A stretch of DNA of 53,863 nt, filler included, from Dirinaria sp. TL-2023a (taxonomy: Eukaryota), in NCBI GenBank assembly GCA_051941275.1. It is 3 parts of 3 records of this genome, joined end to end, with 100 filler letters (N's around TTAATTAATTAA, not from the genome) between each part and the next. Parts side by side here need not be neighbours in the genome. Positions count along the whole stretch, not along the records: positions 36,001 to 53,863 come from JAVEBF010000410.1; 2 more parts are not named here. One strand, given 5' to 3'. The position numbers and the translations under genes were made by a program. Positions 47,465-53,863 of this stretch are shown here, one piece after another. The notes below the pieces were generated by a model, which made no database searches, was not told the DNA's origin, and saw only the letters and a list, made by a program, of their open reading frames with translations. Every line of letters starts with the position of its first letter. Positions within the stretch are counted from its first letter, which is position 1.

Positions 47465-48673
47465 ATGGCGGTCTCTCCGTTGATGACTCAAGAGGCAACG
47501 GCAAGCACCAAGGTCACAGCTGTGAATGCAAAGTCCCTAGCTGTCAGGACGAGTATTTCAGCCGCTAATGGCAAGAGGAACCCATTAGAGAGAGAAAAGG
47601 GCCCAGAGCTCGCCGAGCAGCTTAATGATGAAACTCGTCAGAAGTATGTCAAAGACAAGAAGGTAGGCGAAGGTACCTACGCTGTGGTCTACCTCGGCCA
47701 TCTAAAGGCAGATCCGGAGTCCAAAGTTGCAATAAAGAAAATAAAAGTGCAAACGGAATACCGTGATGGCCTTGCTATGGACGCCATCAGGGAAGTAAAG
47801 TTCCTCCAAGAGCTGTCCCATCCGAATATTATCGCCTTACACGCCGTCTTCAGCTCTAAAGCCCAGAACCTCAATCTGGTTCTTGAGTACTTGCCCCGAG
47901 GAGACCTTGAAATGCTCATCAAAGACTCTGGGAGCATATCCTACGGTACCGCCGAGATAAAAGCCTGGATGGGCATGCTCGGCCGCGGCGTCTGGTTCTG
48001 CCACGAGAACTTTGTGCTGCATCGCGACATTAAACCTAACAATCTGCTGATAGCGGCGGATGGAGAGGTCAAGCTGGCGGATTTTGGGCTTGCCCGAAGC
48101 TTTGCGGATCCGTATAGAGGCATGACTTCCAATGTTATCACGCTCTGGTACAGGCCCCCGGAATTACTCTTTGGCGCGAGGTCTTATTCAGGGACGGTGG
48201 ACGTATGGTCTATGGGCATGGTCTTCGCAGAGCTCATTCTTCGGATACCCTTCGTGGCTGGAAACACGGAAGTGCATCAATTAGAACTAATCTGCAAGGC
48301 GATTGGCACACCAACCGAGGAAAATTGGCCGGGCGTATCGAAATTGGAAGGGTACGTCAAATTCGATAGCTCTAATCCCCAGTCGTTGAGTGGGAGAGAC
48401 TATTACTTAAGGACATTTGCTACTGTGGGGCCGTTAGGTGTGGATCTACTGATGTCGATGTTAACCCTTGATCCGCGGAAGAGGAGCACAGCACGAAAAG
48501 TGCTAGAGCATAAGTGGTGGACGAGCGAGCCAAGACCGACTCCGAAGGAGGAACTACCGAAGAAGGGTGGCGGACCGGAAAAGATGGGAGAAGACCTTAA
48601 GCGGCGAGGGGGCGAGATCAACGACGCACGAGGCGATAAAGTGGCGCGGAAGCTGAATTTTACTGGAAAATGA
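47465..48673 (+). CDS. KIN28: TFIIH/CAK cyclin-dependent kinase CDK7 (Kin28/Mcs6), intronless
   Basis: GEGTYAVV, VAIKKIK, DGLAMDAIREVKFLQELSHPN, HRDIKPNNLL, LADFGLARSF...MTSNVITLWYRPPELLFGA. Confidence 0.93.
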   Translation: MAVSPLMTQEATASTKVTAVNAKSLAVRTSISAANGKRNPLEREKGPELAEQLNDETRQKYVKDKKVGEGTYAVVYLGHLKADPESKVAIKKIKVQTEYRDGLAMDAIREVKFLQELSHPNIIALHAVFSSKAQNLNLVLEYLPRGDLEMLIKDSGSISYGTAEIKAWMGMLGRGVWFCHENFVLHRDIKPNNLLIAADGEVKLADFGLARSFADPYRGMTSNVITLWYRPPELLFGARSYSGTVDVWSMGMVFAELILRIPFVAGNTEVHQLELICKAIGTPTEENWPGVSKLEGYVKFDSSNPQSLSGRDYYLRTFATVGPLGVDLLMSMLTLDPRKRSTARKVLEHKWWTSEPRPTPKEELPKKGGGPEKMGEDLKRRGGEINDARGDKVARKLNFTGK

Positions 48674-49398
48674 GACTCGTCTAGCCAATCTGATCCATGC
48701 AAAGGCACCGAAGGCATTGTGGTGACCTAAAGCTAAGGTCTTATTCTGCCATAAACGAAGCCTCGCTATCCAGGTATTCCACTTTCAGCCGACGAGTCTG
48801 GCTGAAGGCAACTCCTTTCCCCCGCACCGTTGCTGAATTTGGCAGAAGTTCGGTTCTGTCGCTATGAATGAAGCCAAGTAACTACGGGGCTTTTCTTCTC
48901 TCAGCAGAAAATCCCAAGTTTACGTCCGGGGGTTCCTCCTTTGAGTGCTAAATCTAATGTGGCGCTTGAGAGCCCTGACATGCCAGCTAATTGGTGCATA
49001 AAACACGAAGATATAGAGCTCTGAAACCCGCAAGCAGTATCATCTTGGTTCCAGAGAAAGGAGTTGCATGTTACAGGGCGTCTCTACCAGATTAATCTCA
49101 GTAAGGATTGAGTAGCATTCGGACAAAAATGCGAAGCCTATTCCCAGTGGACCATGAAAAAAAGGAAAAAGGACCAAAGCTCAAAGGATCTTCTAGCCTT
49201 TGTTGAATTTTTGCTTGCTTTCATATCGCATTGAACGTAAGCTGCCTTGATGGGACGGTGTTGAGGGCCCATATACATATAATACTAACTCAAGATCCAC
49301 AATGCTCCCTTTCCCGGTCCCAGCAAAGTTTTGCCGCTATCTCATAAAGCGACGCCTGAAGGCCAGGGCCACAACTACACAAAGTCGTGTAAGTCGTT

Positions 49399-50607
49399 TC
49401 ACAGCAATACAGCAGCGGCCAGCGCAGCAGCGGCAACACCGAATCTAGAGCACCATAACCGAGCCACTCCACCCGTGGTTTCTACGACAGGCGCGGCGGT
49501 TCCTTTTGCCTGCTGATACGCTAGTAGTTTGTCAGCACTGCTAGTCGAGGTTGAGAGTTCTGCGTCAATGCGATTTTCACGGGATCTCTGCAGCATTGTC
49601 CTTCGCAAGCACAACACACTCTGCTGCAACTTGTGCCATGCAGCCAAAGAGATTGATATCACTTACACGGTGAGCTCTTCGTCGTCTCAACCACCACCTG
49701 AGGTTTAGTGTATCCAGTAGTGGACGCGCTTGCTGCTGTAGCTGATGGTGTTGTTTTCAATGTTGTACTCCCTGACGTTGCGGCAACAATAGTCTTTGTC
49801 AACGGGCTAGTCTCACCGGCCACAGTAGGGGCTTCGATGGTCTTTGTCACGGGCGCAGTCTCACCGGCCACAGGAGGGGCCACAACGGTCTTTGTAATGG
49901 GGCTAATCGTTGCGACCGCGGTAGAGCCTGTAGAGGTGGAGGAAGTGGTGGAGGAAGATGTAGTAGAGGAAGTCGAGGTAGAGGAAGTCGAAGTGGTAGA
50001 GGCCTGAGTGGTTACTGCCACCGGGCTCTTCGTGACGGTGGCAGCAGAGGCGCTACCTGATGGAGCGCATGGTGCCAGAGTGGAGGCATACGTAACACTC
50101 GCTCCGCTGCAGCACACGGTCAGTGTCTCTCATCAATTTTGAGCCTGTTCGGCCAGTTCTCATAACGCGTCCGAAGGTCGGAGTCGGAAGGACTATGGGA
50201 TGGTAAGACGTACTTCCCACAAATCTGATCCCTGGCGACAATGACTTTCTTCTTGTCGTCGTCGCTGCACTGACTGACAACGCAGCAGCTGAAACTCTCG
50301 ACGTGTGCTTTGTCGCTGCAAACGCAGCCGACTCCGATGCATTGCGGTAAGAGGTTGTTGACGCAGCCTTTCTGTTGCACCTTGTCAGTACGGCATGTGA
50401 AGCTTTCACCAGTGCAGCATCAGAGTTCCAGAGGGAAGTCCGGAGATGCGGACAATCCGGTGTGCGAGGATGCAGGACTGAAGAACTAGGAACACTGAGA
50501 AAACATACGGCACAGCCTGGGAAAACATCGAAGAAGTCTGGGATTGGAAAGTCGGCCGTTGTGAGGGCGGCCAAGACGGCGAAGGAGAGCGCGACAGTGA
50601 GCTTCAT
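49399..50607 (-). CDS. CFEM-domain, Ser/Thr-rich GPI-anchored surface protein (4 exons)
   Basis: Signal peptide MKLTVALSFAVLAALTTA; PGCA|xKGCVNNLLPQCIGVGCVCSD...SCCVVSQC...ICG CFEM-like Cys pattern; S/T stalk; hydrophobic C-terminus FGVAAAALAAAVLL. Confidence 0.85.
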
Positions 50608-51635
50608 ATTGGAAAACAACTGGTTTGCAGAATTGCTACAAGACGGTACTTGCTTTTGGGGATTCGAGACATGATTCCAGAAGGACCACCATGACCATTA
50701 ATTAGTATATCAATCTCAAAACACAATTGGTGACGCGGGCACTGTCTATTGTTAGTTCACGATCGGCAGAGATCGATCTTGGTCTGCCAGCATTCGAAAG
50801 CGCGCTAGTGTATGATAATGCAGCCTTTTCGGTTATCAGCTGCAGAGGATCGGTTCGAGGGTTCTGGTGCTGGTGACAGAAGTACGTTTACCAGCATGTA
50901 CCTCTACGTTTCATAATTCATTGGATAGCTAAAAAGATGCAGAAGATCAGTTATAAGCACAGTGGCATCATAATTCTACCATCGACGCGTCAGCTTGTCT
51001 TTGGGCTTCAATCTTCATTCAGTTCTCGCGGCCTCTCCCTTATAGTTTAGGCCAATAGATGCTTCTCATGAGGAAGATGGTCTTACTTCGGTCGGTGTAT
51101 ACTTAGTCACCTACGTTGCTAGAGATGCTAGTACGGGAGATAGAGAAGAATAGATACATTAATTAGTACACGACAGAATAATCGGTACGATCTTTGGCCG
51201 GTGGACTCTAAGGTACGGAGTGACGCAACAGACAGGTTTTGCACCATCCGAACATGCTCGTACATACATACCACGAGCAAAAGTGCAGATCATCAAGAGT
51301 CAGGTACGGTAGTAAGGTAGTATTGAATGGAAGTGCCCTAATAGGTTCTCTAAATAGAAGTACTAGGACGTTCCTCCGGTGGAAGTGGTGATGTCCTGTA
51401 TCTTCATAGGGCTGGACTAGTGTCTGTTTGGTCAAGCGCATCAAGCGCACACTGGTGAGTGGTGACTGGACGCTAGAAGTGGGTTTGTTCGGTTCCAAGG
51501 GTTCCTGCATGAACTCGGCAACATCGACGTTGGGTCTTGGTTGAAGGGGCTCAGGGGATAAGGTAATCCTCAATTCAAACATCAATTCACTGCTGGGCCA
51601 ATTGGAAACCGTGATGGGCATAGCCCTGCCGTACA

Positions 51636-53425
51636 ATGTCAACGTCCATCTCCGACTCGTCGGATGACTTCGAATTCATCGAGACACCAGCTGCCCTGAC
51701 ACCAATCCCTCCTCCAGAGCATTACGGCGTTCGCACCACTACCGTGAGTCTCAAAATGTGTCGATTGTGCAATCTCGACTGGAGCTGATTTTGCCAGTAT
51801 CCTTCGATAAAGAATGGCCCATTACCAGCCGATGCCTCGGGCAGCGAGAGTTTCTCCAACATCCTACTCATCTCTCTACTCGCCCTGGTACCGGGATATC
51901 TCGCCCGGAAGGTCGGCGGTGGGATCTTCACATGGATAGTCTTTGCCCTGCTCACCACCGTACCTATCCTCATGATATTTTGGGGTATCTCGTCAACGAT
52001 ATCACCACGCAAAAATGAGAAGGCGCGTTATCCGGGACGTTCGGTCGAGCACTACCTGCAGTTCCACGAGGAAAAGGACCGAGCAAAGTATCGCGGAAAG
52101 AGCAAGATACCGATGGAAACTTTCTACGAAATGTACTTTGATGGAGCCGTGGATTTCAAAGGCGATGCTTTGGAGACGTTGGAGTACCGGCATGATTGGG
52201 CCAATTTCAGGTTTACGTTGAGCGTTTTCCGCTTCTTCTTCACCGGAATGATTCCCGAGGTAATTATGCACACTCGGTCGCAAGGTCAGTCGTCCATGTG
52301 TTATCGAGAAAGAATCACTGGCTAAAATGCGGCAGATGAAGAGCAGGTGCGAGAACATTACGATCGAGGTGACGACTTCTATGGCTGGTTCCTGGGGCCT
52401 AGGATGATTTACACTTCTGGCATTGTTTCCGATATCAACAAAGAGGAATCCCTAGAGCAACTGCAGGATAACAAGCTTGCAGTCGTGTGTGAGAAGATTG
52501 GCATCAAGCCTGGCGAAACCCTACTAGATATCGGCTGCGGATGGGGCACCCTCGCGAAATACGCAAGCACACAGTACGGTGCACACGCTACCGGTGTAAC
52601 ACTAGGACGGAACCAGACGGCCTGGGGCAACAACGCCATGCGAAAAGCAGGCATTGAGGAGAGCCAAAGCCGGATTCTATGTATGGACTACCGAGACATC
52701 CCCGTGCCTTCGGGCGGGTACCAAAAGATTACCTGCCTGGAAATGGCCGAACACGTGGGAGTGCGATACTTTTCGACGTTCCTGCGACAGGTGTACGACA
52801 TGCTCGACGACGACGGCGTGTTTTTCCTGCAGATCGCCGGGCTCCGCAAATGCTGGCAATACGAAGATCTCATCTGGGGCCTGTTCATGAACAAATACAT
52901 TTTCCCCGGCGCGGATGCGTCGACTCCCTTAGGCTGGTTCGTGGATTCTCTCGAGAGCGTCGGGTTTGAAATCAAGGGCATCGACACGGTTGGAGTCCAT
53001 TACTCGGCGACTTTGTGGCGGTGGTACCGGAATTGGATCGGCAACAAGGAAAAAGTGGAAGCCAAGTATGGGAAACGATGGTTCAGGGTATGTTCGCCAG
53101 AAACGCAAACCCCTGCCCCGTTTCATCCAAAAAATTGTACGTTGTAGCCGCCACTAACTCAATGTTAATGAAAAAACAGATCTGGGAATTCTTCCTCGCC
53201 TGGTCAACCATCATCTCGCGTCAGGGAAGCGCAACGTGCTACCAGATCACGCTCGTGAAGAACATCAACTCGACGCACCGTGTCGAGGGGATCCCGAGCC
53301 AGTTCGGTATCGAAGGGGCTCTCGCTGCTGCTGCTGCTGCTGCTTCGAAGACCGAGGGCGCGAAAACAGTCGTTGGTGGTGGGCTCGGAGAAACGATCAA
53401 GAGCGCGCTGAGATCTGATGAGTAG
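51636..53425 (+). CDS. MTS1: Sphingolipid C9-methyltransferase (cyclopropane-fatty-acyl synthase family), 4 exons
   Basis: ATG 51636; introns 51744-51797, 52285-52335, 53088-53179. Motifs: LEYRHDWANF, VREHYDRGDDFYGWFLGPRMIYTSG, LLDIGCGWGTL, CLEMAEHVG, IWGLFMNKYIFPGAD, SRQGSATCYQITL. Confidence 0.93.
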
Positions 53426-53803
53426 TAATGAAACGAATACTTGATCATGCAGGGACAGTATGTATGTATGTAGCCAACCACAACGCCTATAATCCGACCC
53501 CCCTCCAAAAAATCTCTTCCACATTTATTTTCTGTCTCTCTCGTCACCTCCCGTATCCCTCCTCAAGAAAAGCCACCTTCCACACCCCCATCCAACCAAC
53601 CAACCAACCAATAAACGAAAATTAACCCTCCTTCCTCCCTTCCTATACCTTCCTCCGTGCATACATACCCAAGTTTTTCATGAGACATCTCTCATGTCCC
53701 TCTAATCTCTCTTCTTTCGTCTCTCTGGGATAGAGAGGTTGAGATGGGAATTGATTTATCTCGTTTCAATCATCTCAAGAAGAAGGAGGAGCAAGGAGGA
53801 GGA

Positions 53804-53863
53804 GAAGAAGAAGAAGAAGAAGAAGAAGAAGAAGAAGAAGAAGAAGAAGAAGAAGAAGAAGAA
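53804..53863 (+). repeat. (GAA)20 microsatellite running to the window end
   Basis: Direct observation; preceded by GGA/GCA variants. Confidence 0.97.

Noticed and set aside
48780..49100. RNase P/MRP RNA
   Set aside because: The conserved CR-I and CR-V elements are not present in the right order on either strand.

Overview
Eukaryotic genomic DNA from a filamentous ascomycete (Pezizomycotina): short GT-AG introns with CTRAC-type branch points and typical fungal gene families. The window holds three contigs joined by two artificial 100-nt gaps (N44-TTAATTAATTAA-N44 at 17930-18029 and 35901-36000), so adjacency across the gaps is not reliable. Contig 1 (1-17929) is largely an accessory or decaying region. 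It has an intact PTH11-like membrane gene and an intact divergent IF3-like gene with 37-aa repeats, among relics of a NACHT-ankyrin NLR, a PDR ABC transporter, a FAD monooxygenase and a truncated Vps4-type AAA ATPase that sits head-to-head with a chromodomain/RG-tail gene. Contig 2 encodes a GPI Cu-only SOD, an unknown membrane protein, a 1917-aa coiled-coil protein with PAM2-like motifs and a large repeat-rich GPI surface protein. Contig 3 is mostly housekeeping: histidine phosphatase, SSU1/Mae1 transporter, IDH1, DUF3074, FYV4/mS41, KIN28/CDK7, a CFEM-GPI protein and a sphingolipid C9-methyltransferase. All family calls come from motif recognition by eye; no database search was run.
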